A DNA stretch of 64,000 nucleotides, taken from positions 20,135-84,134 of the IMG/VR virus record IMGVR_UViG_3300014205_000205. The stretch is one strand, 5' to 3'. How positions within the stretch are numbered: the first letter of the stretch is position 1; each line of letters starts with the position of its first letter. A program made the position numbers and the translations under genes. Under the pieces are notes generated by a model. It saw nothing but the letters and a program-made list of their open reading frames with translations. It did no database searches and was not told the DNA's origin. Origin of the DNA: a virus (lineage: Duplodnaviria; Caudoviricetes). Of this stretch, positions 34,148-42,700 are shown one piece after another.

Positions 34148-34855
34148 TCATGCCTTCACGTCCAATCGCGGGTTGAGGGGCTTCGTGTATGTTGATACCT
34201 CGGCTGGAATCAGTAGCGGAGGGAAGCCTTCTTCGGACCGGATGGCGTTCACAACATCTAGCCATTCCTGATGCGTGATGACTCCAAGGTCCGCCTCCCA
34301 ATGCGCTTGGTCCAGGCGTTGACGGTAACCGAAAAAGCGCCTTTGCGCCTCTGGTGAACTTGCAGGGCTCGGCGTCGTCGGCGGTCTGTGCAAATCCCAT
34401 TTGATAAATCCATCTTCCACACCGTGCCCGCAACAAGCGCCAATAGCGCCTGGAATGTGGCCCAAGCACGGGTCATGTCCCTCTGGCGTGGGCATCTTGC
34501 GGCACTGCATACAGGGTCGCTCCTGGCTGATGGGGGTCTGGTCGTCAGCGTAGAACCACGCTTTACGGTCTTCGTCCCAGTAGATCAAGTGGCCGCGAGT
34601 GTGTGAGGTGACTGTTTTCGGTCTTGACGCTTGGGGCGGCGTCGACGATCTGGGGGTGGAGGGCTCTGTATTTACTCCACCCTTGCAGACGGTCCCCTCT
34701 CGTAGGGGAATGCCATGCGCCGGAGTTGTCGGGCTCAAGCTGTCCTGCATCCCTTTGATCTTCTTACGCCAATGGGTATCTGTGATCTTGTAGGCGATGT
34801 ACGCGCCTAAAGCGAAAGCCGCCCAGATAAGGGCGGCGATTGCGGTTGTGGTCAT
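34148..34855 (-). CDS. Hypothetical protein with N-terminal TM and CxxC...C...CC motif
   Basis: ATGA overlap at 34852-34855; RPCMQC...HDPCLGHIPG..GACCGHG. Confidence 0.55.
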   Translation of the reverse strand: MTTTAIAALIWAAFALGAYIAYKITDTHWRKKIKGMQDSLSPTTPAHGIPLREGTVCKGGVNTEPSTPRSSTPPQASRPKTVTSHTRGHLIYWDEDRKAWFYADDQTPISQERPCMQCRKMPTPEGHDPCLGHIPGAIGACCGHGVEDGFIKWDLHRPPTTPSPASSPEAQRRFFGYRQRLDQAHWEADLGVITHQEWLDVVNAIRSEEGFPPLLIPAEVSTYTKPLNPRLDVKA

Positions 34856-35292
34856 GCCGCCATCCTCCAGACGATCCAAGCCGCAGCCAGAGCGATTTGC
34901 ACCAGGTGCAGGGTGTTGTCGAACACGATGAGCAGCCATGTGCATTCGGGATCGTGCCCGGTAACTCGCATCAGCCACTTCACCGGCCAGCGGCGGTCTT
35001 GGATCCAGTGGATGGCGCCGAGGATAAAGCACACCACTACAAGCAAAGGAAGAACGGCAAGCCCCCAAGCGGTGCGGGCTACAAGAGCCATGCACGTAAA
35101 AACTGCCAGAGCCCACGATTCAGCGTGTAGCGTAATAGCGGTGAAAGCCATGTCGGTGCCGTTGAAAAGTGGTTTGGCCTTGTTCTGCGCCATCCAATTG
35201 GTCTGCACCACGTAGTCACCCAGCAAGTGCCCCAGGAACCCGGCAATGAAAAGTGCCGCCCATATTTGGACGGCTTCTGCTCCGTTTGTCAT
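34852..35292 (-). CDS. DUF3307-like membrane protein
   Basis: HLLGDYVVQTNWMA..K, H...D, DNTLH. Confidence 0.75.
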   Translation of the reverse strand: MTNGAEAVQIWAALFIAGFLGHLLGDYVVQTNWMAQNKAKPLFNGTDMAFTAITLHAESWALAVFTCMALVARTAWGLAVLPLLVVVCFILGAIHWIQDRRWPVKWLMRVTGHDPECTWLLIVFDNTLHLVQIALAAAWIVWRMAA

Positions 35293-35303
35293 TTACTTTC
35301 CCC

Positions 35304-36068
35304 CTATGCCCGAGCGCCGAAGAGTGATGCTATCCGACGCTTCAGCCAGCCGGGGGCATCGGCGAACCCCTCTTCGATCTGACCGAAGTACGACCGGGAG
35401 ATGCCGAGGAAAACCGCCGCTTGGGCCTGCGTCCAACCCATGCCCTTGCGCTGATCCCGAAGCGCAACCATGATAGTGGGTGCTAGCTCGTCGGCCCCCT
35501 CGGTATCCATGACAAGTTGGAGAGGTCGGCGAGCGAGTTGCTTTGCCGTGCGCTCCAAGGTACCCAATCGGCCCGTGGTCTTAGCGACTTGCTTGGCCAT
35601 GGCGGCGTTTCGTTCGTCTTGGGCTCGTAGTGCTCCATGGATCGCCGCCGCAACGGTCTCTTCGACCAACTCCCGGAGCAGCGGCGTCGCGGCACGGATG
35701 ACGCTAGCCTCCATCTGGCCAGGCGACCGTTGCCGCCGAAACTCTTTCAGCATGGCCCGAACCTTCTTGCGAAACTCTGCGCCTTTGTCCGTCTGGGCCA
35801 GCATAGCGAATGAATACGCGCCCTCTTCACTCAGGACCTTGGTGTCTTGGATTCCTGAAGGGGTGGTCAATTTGACCACCCCTGTCTCGCCATCGAACTC
35901 CTCCGGATTGCGGCTCAGCAGGCGCGCTCCGCTTTGTTTCGGTTCGCTGTAGCCCAGAGCTTTGGCCACATCGATCACCGGGAAGTAGAACTCGCCGTCC
36001 TTTTCAACGAGCCTCACCTGAGCGCCATGAAAATCAAACTCAGACACCGGAACGACACGGTTCTCCAT
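35304..36068 (-). CDS. BRO-N antirepressor-like protein with C-terminal XRE HTH
   Basis: FDFHGAQVR..EKDGE.YF...DVAKALGY; C-terminal WTQAQAA..LGISRSY..QIE. Confidence 0.85.
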   Translation of the reverse strand: MENRVVPVSEFDFHGAQVRLVEKDGEFYFPVIDVAKALGYSEPKQSGARLLSRNPEEFDGETGVVKLTTPSGIQDTKVLSEEGAYSFAMLAQTDKGAEFRKKVRAMLKEFRRQRSPGQMEASVIRAATPLLRELVEETVAAAIHGALRAQDERNAAMAKQVAKTTGRLGTLERTAKQLARRPLQLVMDTEGADELAPTIMVALRDQRKGMGWTQAQAAVFLGISRSYFGQIEEGFADAPGWLKRRIASLFGARA

Positions 36069-36190
36069 GATCCATCTTCCCCTTCGCATCTGATTTGCTC
36101 CTCTTTCCCCTGGATCCAAAAGCACACCAGCGCGTTCCACCGGGGGAAGTCGGTAGAACTAGGCCTGGCCGGGCCCGCTGGTGGCAAACT

Positions 36191-36685
36191 TTACACCTCG
36201 ACGCTATGGGGCATATGCACCATCCGCCACGCCGACGCCGCCATTGCCGCCTCAGCCTCCGACGAAAAATATCCAAGATGGTATGCCTTCCCGTTCAGCC
36301 TTTCTGCAGCCCGCCATTTCTGACGCTGTTTGCTCCACCACACGCCGCGGTGTTTTGACGTTGAACCTTCGTATGATCCTCGGTTCTGATGGTTTTCCGC
36401 GCAGGTGACCACCCGCAAATTTTCTCTCCGATTATCCAGCCGATTACGGTTTATATGGTCAACTTGCATGTCAGAATCCGGCCCCAAGCCCATTATCACC
36501 CGATGCATCAGGACGACCGTTGTCCGACCTCGTGACCTCCTGGAATGACAGGCGTAACCGCCAGAGTGTAAATGCCACGTTTGATGCTCTACAGTAGCCG
36601 AAGTTTCGCGATCAACCATTGCATTGGCTGTTATCACACCGTCAATCCCATACAATGGTATTTGAACAAAATCACTGCACGCCAT
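36191..36685 (-). CDS. HNH endonuclease with AP2 domain
   Basis: MHRVIM, VDHINRNRLDNRRENLR, SKHRGV, HLGYF..E.EAA. Confidence 0.9.
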   Translation of the reverse strand: MACSDFVQIPLYGIDGVITANAMVDRETSATVEHQTWHLHSGGYACHSRRSRGRTTVVLMHRVIMGLGPDSDMQVDHINRNRLDNRRENLRVVTCAENHQNRGSYEGSTSKHRGVWWSKQRQKWRAAERLNGKAYHLGYFSSEAEAAMAASAWRMVHMPHSVEV

Positions 36686-36774
36686 CTTTCTGCCTCCAAT
36701 CTAAAACGCCTCTCCTGTTGGTGGAGGGGCGCTGCGCTGTCGTGTTTGGGTTCTACTGGCGAGGGCGCACCAGC

Positions 36775-37269
36775 CTATTTGCTCACGCTTTTGGCGTGTT
36801 GAAACCAATTGCTCTGCGCCAGCCCTTCACTAATGGCCCGGCTAGACCACCCGCAACTGCACACGACTTTGAACCTCTCGCCATCGGGGCCGCGGGAGGC
36901 CACCTCGTGAGGCGGTTCTTTATCGGAGCGCTCCTTCTCTTGAGACTCTTTCTCTGACCGCAGACGCGCCGCGCGCTGTTCCTTAAGTAATTCTGATGTG
37001 ATATCGGGCACTCGCTGATGCGCGATCTCGGCGATTAACCGCTGCACATCGTCCAAGGCGTACTTCAATAGGCGGCCGGATGGGGCGAGTCTGGGTTCCG
37101 TGTGGATCTTACCCTCGATCTGCTCCAGAATCGTGCCGACCCGGGCGCGGGTCTGGTCCCAGACTGTAGCCTTGATCTCCTCTACCAGAGCCGCAACCTC
37201 GGAAGCTGAATACCGCCTGATGTCCGCAGTGTTGGCCTTCGGAACGAAATCTTCGATCCCTTCCATCAT
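36775..37269 (-). CDS. Hypothetical protein (C-terminal CSCGW motif)
   Basis: ORF with RBS. Confidence 0.55.
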   Translation of the reverse strand: MMEGIEDFVPKANTADIRRYSASEVAALVEEIKATVWDQTRARVGTILEQIEGKIHTEPRLAPSGRLLKYALDDVQRLIAEIAHQRVPDITSELLKEQRAARLRSEKESQEKERSDKEPPHEVASRGPDGERFKVVCSCGWSSRAISEGLAQSNWFQHAKSVSK

Positions 37270-37421
37270 TCATCGTCTCCTTCGCTTTGCTTGTCGGTTC
37301 TTCGCTATGCTTCGCTTGGCTTTGCCCTCGCCAAAATCTAAAGAGCGCCCTTCTCCGCAGAGAGGACGCCCGATTGTGCAAAATAATCATCAACAGTGTA
37401 CGTATACGGGCTAAATACCGC

Positions 37422-37451
37422 TTGACAGTGTACGTACACATGCGGTATACT
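37422..37451 (+). promoter_or_regulatory. Sigma70/SigA promoter with palindromic operator GTGTACGTACAC in spacer
   Basis: TTGACA-18-TATACT; palindrome 37428-37439; extra near-copy at 37396-37407. Confidence 0.85.
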
Positions 37452-37483
37452 GAGTTCAGAAGGTAGCGAAAGGGGTTGCGGAC

Positions 37484-37867
37484 ATGAGCGGATACGTGGA
37501 CGCCTTGACAGGCAAATGGGACGGCAAGTTTCACCCGGTAGTGATAGCCAGCCAGGTGCAACAAGCGCAGGAATTGATGGCGTCTTTTGACACCGATGCC
37601 ACCGTGGACGCCAACGGCGTGGTCCGGTGGAACAGCAACAAGCAGGTCCCGCCGCAGGATGTCTTGGAGCTCTGGGCTTACGCTCACAAGTCCTTTAACC
37701 TAGAAGCCAGCACCGAGGCCCGCAAGGTCGATACCGACACCTTCCTGACCACCTACCGCAAGAACTACAAGACACCATCAGCCGAACACCGGGCAGCAGC
37801 TCGGGCGGCCCACGGCCCCGGAGTGACTTTGGTCGACGTGATCAGCGGGCACCGATTCCGGACCTAA
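37484..37867 (+). CDS. Hypothetical protein, plus-strand cassette
   Basis: Follows promoter, AAAGGGG RBS. Confidence 0.7.
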   Translation: MSGYVDALTGKWDGKFHPVVIASQVQQAQELMASFDTDATVDANGVVRWNSNKQVPPQDVLELWAYAHKSFNLEASTEARKVDTDTFLTTYRKNYKTPSAEHRAAARAAHGPGVTLVDVISGHRFRT

Positions 37868-37887
37868 GATTCGAAGGAGGACCGCTG

Positions 37888-38214
37888 GTGTACGCTGTGA
37901 ACATCACGGACATGGAGGCTTGCGGAACGTCTGCCAGCCTCCTGATGCGATCCTTGACCATCTCTTTGCAGGCGGTTTCCATAGATTCGGATGAGGTGGA
38001 TAGCGACGCTTTGGTCTGCAATCATCCGAACCAGACGCAGGTAAAAGCGGCCTTGCAAATCCTCATCAGGATCGCACGCAACCGCAAGCGCCGTCTGCGC
38101 ATCTACCAGCAGGGCAAAAGAGGCGGCTGGAAACGGGCCACCATCAACCCAGAGGAAGTGACCTCTGAGGACATGGCCCTTGTGGATCCCTCTGGTCAGA
38201 TGCGGTTCTTTTGA
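37888..38214 (+). CDS. Hypothetical protein
   Basis: AAGGAGG RBS upstream. Confidence 0.6.
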   Translation: MYAVNITDMEACGTSASLLMRSLTISLQAVSIDSDEVDSDALVCNHPNQTQVKAALQILIRIARNRKRRLRIYQQGKRGGWKRATINPEEVTSEDMALVDPSGQMRFF

Positions 38215-38259
38215 AACCGAGCCAGCGGGTCCTGTCACAAACGAAAGGCGGAACTCAAC

Positions 38260-38508
38260 GTGTCACCACAAAAGCCGGGAGCAAACCGGCGCACCACCTG
38301 GACAAGCCGCAAGGACGCGGAAGGAAACCTCCTTGGTAACCGTACCGTGTACCTCACTGGGGTCATGGCTGCCGAATTGGACCAAGGAGCCCGCGAGGCG
38401 GGGTTCGTGTTCGTCAAGACAGTCAAGGGTCAACCTGTTGAAGTGGTCGACTTGCAAGGCTACATCATGAGCTTGCACCACGCGGCCAAAGGCATCACTC
38501 CCAAGTGA
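38260..38508 (+). CDS. Small protein, possibly ribbon-helix-helix
   Basis: RTVYL strand then helix; AAAGGCGG RBS. Confidence 0.5.
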   Translation: MSPQKPGANRRTTWTSRKDAEGNLLGNRTVYLTGVMAAELDQGAREAGFVFVKTVKGQPVEVVDLQGYIMSLHHAAKGITPK

Positions 38509-38550
38509 GATAGGTTCGAAAAGTTTTTGAAAAAAGTTTCGTCTAACCCC

Positions 38551-38578
38551 TTTACAGTGTACGTACACATGGTATACT
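38551..38578 (+). promoter_or_regulatory. Second promoter with same GTGTACGTACAC operator
   Basis: TTTACA-16-TATACT; palindrome 38557-38568. Confidence 0.85.
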
Positions 38579-38615
38579 TGTCTCAGAAGGACAGGAACGG
38601 AAGGGGCTGGCGAAG

Positions 38616-38768
38616 ATGCCGCAACAGAAGCTGTACATCTGCCGGATCGATAAGCACGGCAAGGAGAACTGGTACCTAGATAGCCGTCTCGCACGCCGCT
38701 TGATCCGGGTCTCTGCCGACGAAGCGAAACTCGCCATCGCCACCGGAACCGGCCGCAGGTCAGACTAA
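38616..38768 (+). CDS. 50-aa small protein MPQQKLYICRIDKHG... (below ORF-track cutoff)
   Basis: Manual translation; first ORF after second promoter, GAAGGGG RBS. Confidence 0.6.
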   Translation: MPQQKLYICRIDKHGKENWYLDSRLARRLIRVSADEAKLAIATGTGRRSD

Positions 38769-38821
38769 CGGAGCGCAGACAACGGCTACAGTCCCCATGT
38801 GTATGGGGGTGGATACCGAAT

Positions 38822-39082
38822 TTGATTCGAGGAGGTTTTACCGTGGAATACACGACGCCCGACCAGGCGTGGGATGGACTAGTTGGTTCGCAGACGCCCG
38901 CCCAGTTCATGCAGTCCAGTCGCGAAATGGGTTTGACGACCGTTGAGGATGCCTGCGCCGCCTACGCCCAGACGATTCCGGCCATGTTCGACGGCTGGAG
39001 CGCCGAGAACCCCGAGGTTGACCTGAACGAGATCGCTGGTCTGTTGGCTCGGTACATCCGGACGAGTGAGCCGAACGCCTAA
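38822..39082 (+). CDS. Hypothetical acidic protein
   Basis: GAGGAGG RBS inside ORF start (likely GTG 38845). Confidence 0.65.
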   Translation: MIRGGFTVEYTTPDQAWDGLVGSQTPAQFMQSSREMGLTTVEDACAAYAQTIPAMFDGWSAENPEVDLNEIAGLLARYIRTSEPNA

Positions 39083-39137
39083 CCACCCAGGCCAGCCGGG
39101 GCCTAATACCGGCGTAGTAGAGAAAGGGGCGCTCGCC

Positions 39138-39455
39138 ATGGGATACATCAGCAGCTTTACCCCCGCTCGCGTCCGCAAGGGTACCGACTGGGGCAAGCGT
39201 CCGTGCTTTGTTTGCGGCCACAACACCACCAAGACGCCCGCCGCATGGACACCGCCCTTGATCTGCCACCGGCCAGCCTTTGCGGCCACCGGGCACGTCG
39301 AGGCAACGCATCACCGTCTATGCTCCAAGTGCCGGACCTGGATTACGCCGGACGGACGGTTTAAGATGCCCGGCGCTCCCGCCGAGTCGCTTGCCGCTCG
39401 GTGCGAATTTGAAGTTGCTCCTCCCGGAACCAATATCGTCTACTACAGAGACTAG
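39138..39455 (+). CDS. Zn-finger-like small protein
   Basis: CFVC...C...CSKC; ATG 39138 with AAAGGGG RBS. Confidence 0.65.
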   Translation: MGYISSFTPARVRKGTDWGKRPCFVCGHNTTKTPAAWTPPLICHRPAFAATGHVEATHHRLCSKCRTWITPDGRFKMPGAPAESLAARCEFEVAPPGTNIVYYRD

Positions 39456-39499
39456 CCCGGCTAACTACCGGGCTCTACACTGGAAAGGGGGCGCTCGTC

Positions 39500-39742
39500 A
39501 TGGCGCCAATCACAACACAAAAGGTCAACGCCATCCTGAGCAAGCACTTTCAGAAGGCCACCGCTGACAAACCGGGATTCACGGTCGGTAAATTCATGGG
39601 CTCTGTTGACTGCATCATAGTCGGCCACGAACCCCAGGGCGCTCCGCACTTGGTTTCTGCGTATGCCGAGGTGCTAAAGGCCGCAAGGGTGCGAGTGGAG
39701 GCAGGGAGCTTCGCAATCATTTGCCACGGGATTGAGGACTGA
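39500..39742 (+). CDS. Hypothetical protein
   Basis: AAAGGGGG RBS. Confidence 0.65.
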   Translation: MAPITTQKVNAILSKHFQKATADKPGFTVGKFMGSVDCIIVGHEPQGAPHLVSAYAEVLKAARVRVEAGSFAIICHGIED

Positions 39743-39840
39743 GTCCAGGCTCCGTAGCGGGCAACCGCTCCCCCTCGTCTGTACCGCCAAGTTCTGGCTT
39801 GGCAGCAGAGACCAGGGGTTCCGATTAGGAGGTTTGAATC

Positions 39841-40200
39841 GTGGATGTTACCCTGTCCCCGGCTTCGGTCCAGGCTATCCAAACTAATGGCTATGGCGAT
39901 TTTCCTGAGTTACTGACCGGCCACATCGCTGCCGCCTTGGCGGCCTACTACCAACGGGGGATTATTTGGAACCTGCGAGATGGTGAGGTGGTCGACCCAA
40001 AACGCCTCGATGCGCTGAACGGCCTGCGGCTAGAGTTGACGGCGGGCGAGTACCTCCCGTACCGGATCCTGAACGGCCGGCTGTGCTGGGGCTCTCGGAT
40101 GCAGGATGGGCATGTCGAGTGGTGGAGTGTAGGTGATTGCGTGCCGATCATGTCGGACGTGCCGGGCTGCATAAGCACTTCCCCCTCAGTGGCATCCTAG
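39841..40200 (+). CDS. Hypothetical protein
   Basis: AGGAGGT RBS. Confidence 0.65.
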   Translation: MDVTLSPASVQAIQTNGYGDFPELLTGHIAAALAAYYQRGIIWNLRDGEVVDPKRLDALNGLRLELTAGEYLPYRILNGRLCWGSRMQDGHVEWWSVGDCVPIMSDVPGCISTSPSVAS

Positions 40201-40236
40201 AGCTTGCAGGCGTTGTGTCGGCTCGGTTGTGCCTGT

Positions 40237-40265
40237 ATCCCCTACCTTTCGGGTGGGGGATTTTG
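40237..40265 (+). terminator. Terminator closing plus-strand cassette (convergent junction)
   Basis: ATCCCCTACC-N5-GGTGGGGGAT then TTTG. Confidence 0.7.
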
Positions 40266-40429
40266 CTATGTTTTAGTGGCGAGGAATAGGGCCCCTGCTA
40301 TCCATCCCAACATCGCGATCATTGCGGCGAGTGGGTCGAGTTTCCTGGCGATTCCGAGGGCCAAATGCACGGCCGCCAATGCGAGCGCCAACCTGCTCGC
40401 CCATAAGAGCACTGTGCGCTTCCATGCGA

Positions 40430-40612
40430 TCAAGCCTTATCCCCTCCCTCTCCCTGGGCTCTGACCGTCTTGAATGCGTCCGGGGGAACTCCGCAGTCGA
40501 TGGCCAGTTCCTGCAGCTCCTCTGGCGTCATCCCATCAATCATGGTGCGGAACTTGCGGCCTAATTCCGTCTGTGGGAACTTCTGCTTCACGCTCGCCAC
40601 CTCCGATCGCAA
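40430..40612 (-). CDS. Hypothetical protein
   Basis: GGAGGTGG RBS; alternative start GTG. Confidence 0.45.
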   Translation of the reverse strand: MRSEVASVKQKFPQTELGRKFRTMIDGMTPEELQELAIDCGVPPDAFKTVRAQGEGGDKA

Positions 40613-41438
40613 ACTCCGCCCCGGGCCGCGTCTGGTCCAGCAGCTCCGCCACGCTTCGCAAGGTTTTGGCCAGGTTGTAGGGGTGCCCAGCCTGCGGGAT
40701 CTTGGGTAGCGCCACGTCGATACCCGCCGTCCTTGCAGCGTCTGCCAGGGCCTCCAGGAATGTCATGGCCGTATCAGGGATGGGCGCCAGTCCGTTGAGC
40801 GATTCTGCCCTACGCTCCCAGCTCTTGGCGATTTTCGCTTGCACGTGCAGGCCATAGTCCCCGGCCAGACACCGGGCAACGTAGGCCGCCGCTTCTCTGC
40901 CCTTGATGATCCGCTCTGCCTCTTTCGCCCCATCCTCCGCGCCGAATCGTTTGACCTTGCGCACTGGGAGGTACCCGCCCGCCCGCAATCGGTCCTCAAA
41001 TGCGCCGGCGCCCTCCGCCGCATGGTAGCAACCAACCAGCCATGCGACTCGTTCCTCCGAGCTTAGCCCCAGGCCATTGGGGTGCTCCGCTCGGGCCACG
41101 GTGCGCAGATGACCCAGGCCGATGCGCTGACACCATTGCGTATCGGAAATGCCTTCCTGATTGAAAGCCCATCGCAGGTCTTTTTCGTTGATCTTGCGCG
41201 CCCAACCGAGATCTACCTTCATGGCTTCCGGCGATGTCCCGGCAAGCTCCGCATACGACAAGATGATTTCTTCGTGTTGTGCTTGTGGCTTTTCGCGGAG
41301 TTCGTCCACGATGTAGTAGACTGCCATGGTTCGCGCAAACCTGCTGGCGCCCATAGCCTGCCCGAATTTGAGCCGATTGGGCGATTCGTCGGCCTGGCGT
41401 TGCTCCTCGCGGCTCATCTCTGATACTGCCGCTACCAT
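40536..41438 (-). CDS. Hypothetical helical protein (possible DNA-binding)
   Basis: ATG 41438 with GGGAGG RBS. Confidence 0.6.
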   Translation of the reverse strand: MVAAVSEMSREEQRQADESPNRLKFGQAMGASRFARTMAVYYIVDELREKPQAQHEEIILSYAELAGTSPEAMKVDLGWARKINEKDLRWAFNQEGISDTQWCQRIGLGHLRTVARAEHPNGLGLSSEERVAWLVGCYHAAEGAGAFEDRLRAGGYLPVRKVKRFGAEDGAKEAERIIKGREAAAYVARCLAGDYGLHVQAKIAKSWERRAESLNGLAPIPDTAMTFLEALADAARTAGIDVALPKIPQAGHPYNLAKTLRSVAELLDQTRPGAEFAIGGGEREAEVPTDGIRPQVPHHD

Positions 41439-41451
41439 GGTGGTCCTCCCT

Positions 41452-41856
41452 CTATCCGTCGAGCGTGAGCCAGTCAGCCTGCTCCAGGAACTCCTCAACG
41501 CCATAGTAGACGTTGATGCCCAGTTGTTCGGCAAATAGCACCTCCTGGTCTGCCCCCGGCGATTCGCCCGGCAGCCGAATCAGCGCGTCGCACCGGCTAA
41601 TCCATGCAAGGTCAAGTTCCATCCAGTCTTCGTAGGGGTGAGGGGTTTGGAGGTGCCAGAAGTGACTAAGATGGGGAATGTACGGCGCATACCCAAGCTT
41701 CAGGAGTGGATCTGCCGCCGCTATGGCAATGCGGGTGTTCTCCGCAGGGTCTGGTTTGGTGTAAGGAGCCGAAATGTAGACGAACCGCAAGGCCTTGCCC
41801 TCCTCAGATGTACCGATCTGGACGCCAGCCGTCAGGAACCGCGTAGAAGCAACCAA
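41452..41856 (-). CDS. DUF4406 / nucleoside-deoxyribosyltransferase-like protein
   Basis: VYISAPYT, RCDALIRLPGESPGADQE. Confidence 0.75.
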   Translation of the reverse strand: MVASTRFLTAGVQIGTSEEGKALRFVYISAPYTKPDPAENTRIAIAAADPLLKLGYAPYIPHLSHFWHLQTPHPYEDWMELDLAWISRCDALIRLPGESPGADQEVLFAEQLGINVYYGVEEFLEQADWLTLDG

Positions 41857-41967
41857 GCGTTAGCCATGGCTCTTCCGATTCGTGATAGAAGCCCCAATCA
41901 CGTTCGCTCCATACCGGCTTGTCCAGCCATGCGGCAAGGTCCAGGAGTGCGCCAACCCAGAATGGTT

Positions 41968-42150
41968 TCATGCTGTGCGCCTCCACGGCACCCACCCAAG
42001 GAATCGATAACGCCGAATCTTGCTCATGGCATAGCACCCGAAACAGAGTTGGGGCCCGCCGCGCGCCATGGCGATATAGATTTCATCGCCGCGTTGAGGA
42101 TGCCCGCAACGGTGGCAAGGTAGGTTCAGACTCACGCACTGGTTGCTCAT
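41968..42150 (-). CDS. Small Zn-finger protein
   Basis: CHRC...CFGC; GAGGAG RBS. Confidence 0.5.
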   Translation of the reverse strand: MSNQCVSLNLPCHRCGHPQRGDEIYIAMARGGPQLCFGCYAMSKIRRYRFLGWVPWRRTA

Positions 42151-42184
42151 GCCGCATCTCCTCCTCTAGACCACTATCCGATGT

Positions 42185-42394
42185 CTAATCCCGCAGTCCG
42201 GCATATGGTTGGTTGGTCCACCCGTGGAATTTGCAGACGGGGCAATCGCTGTGATGTGGGCCTGACCACACGAGGGGAGCGCACCCGTTTGGACACATTC
42301 CTTCCGACCAGTTTCGGTCGTGCCTGCGAAAGGCCACGGCCATTTCAGCATCCTTCTTCGGATCACCGCTTGACTGAAAGGCAATCTCCCTCAT
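42185..42394 (-). CDS. Small Zn-ribbon protein
   Basis: CPNGC...CPVC. Confidence 0.5.
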   Translation of the reverse strand: MREIAFQSSGDPKKDAEMAVAFRRHDRNWSEGMCPNGCAPLVWSGPHHSDCPVCKFHGWTNQPYAGLRD

Positions 42395-42405
42395 CGTTCA
42401 TACCC

Positions 42406-42657
42406 CTATCTGGTGTTCCGCAAATCGTAAGCTGTTTGCAGGTTCACCCATACTTGCGCGCTTGTGCCAAACGCCGCTGCCAGGCCGGACGCGGTGTCTG
42501 GAGTGATGCCGCACTTGCCGTCTAGAAGATCGCCAACCGTCTGAGCGGTACAGCCGAGAATCTCTGCAAGGCCCGCTTGTGTCCAGCCCCGCGCCTCAAT
42601 CTCTGCTTTTATGTAGTCCCCTGGAGGGAATACTTCTGCCGCCGTGATACTGCACAC
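42406..42657 (-). CDS. HigA-family XRE HTH protein (orphan antitoxin-like)
   Basis: FPPGDYIK.E..ARGWTQ..LA.ILG...ITP.TA..LAAAFGTS...W.NLQ..YDL. Confidence 0.85.
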   Translation of the reverse strand: MCSITAAEVFPPGDYIKAEIEARGWTQAGLAEILGCTAQTVGDLLDGKCGITPDTASGLAAAFGTSAQVWVNLQTAYDLRNTR

Positions 42658-42700
42658 GCCATTTCCTCCACATCAAGATATCCGGTGATCCGATGATTTT

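Noticed and set aside
42406-42700. Complete higBA toxin-antitoxin module
   Set aside because: No toxin ORF adjacent; reported instead as orphan antitoxin
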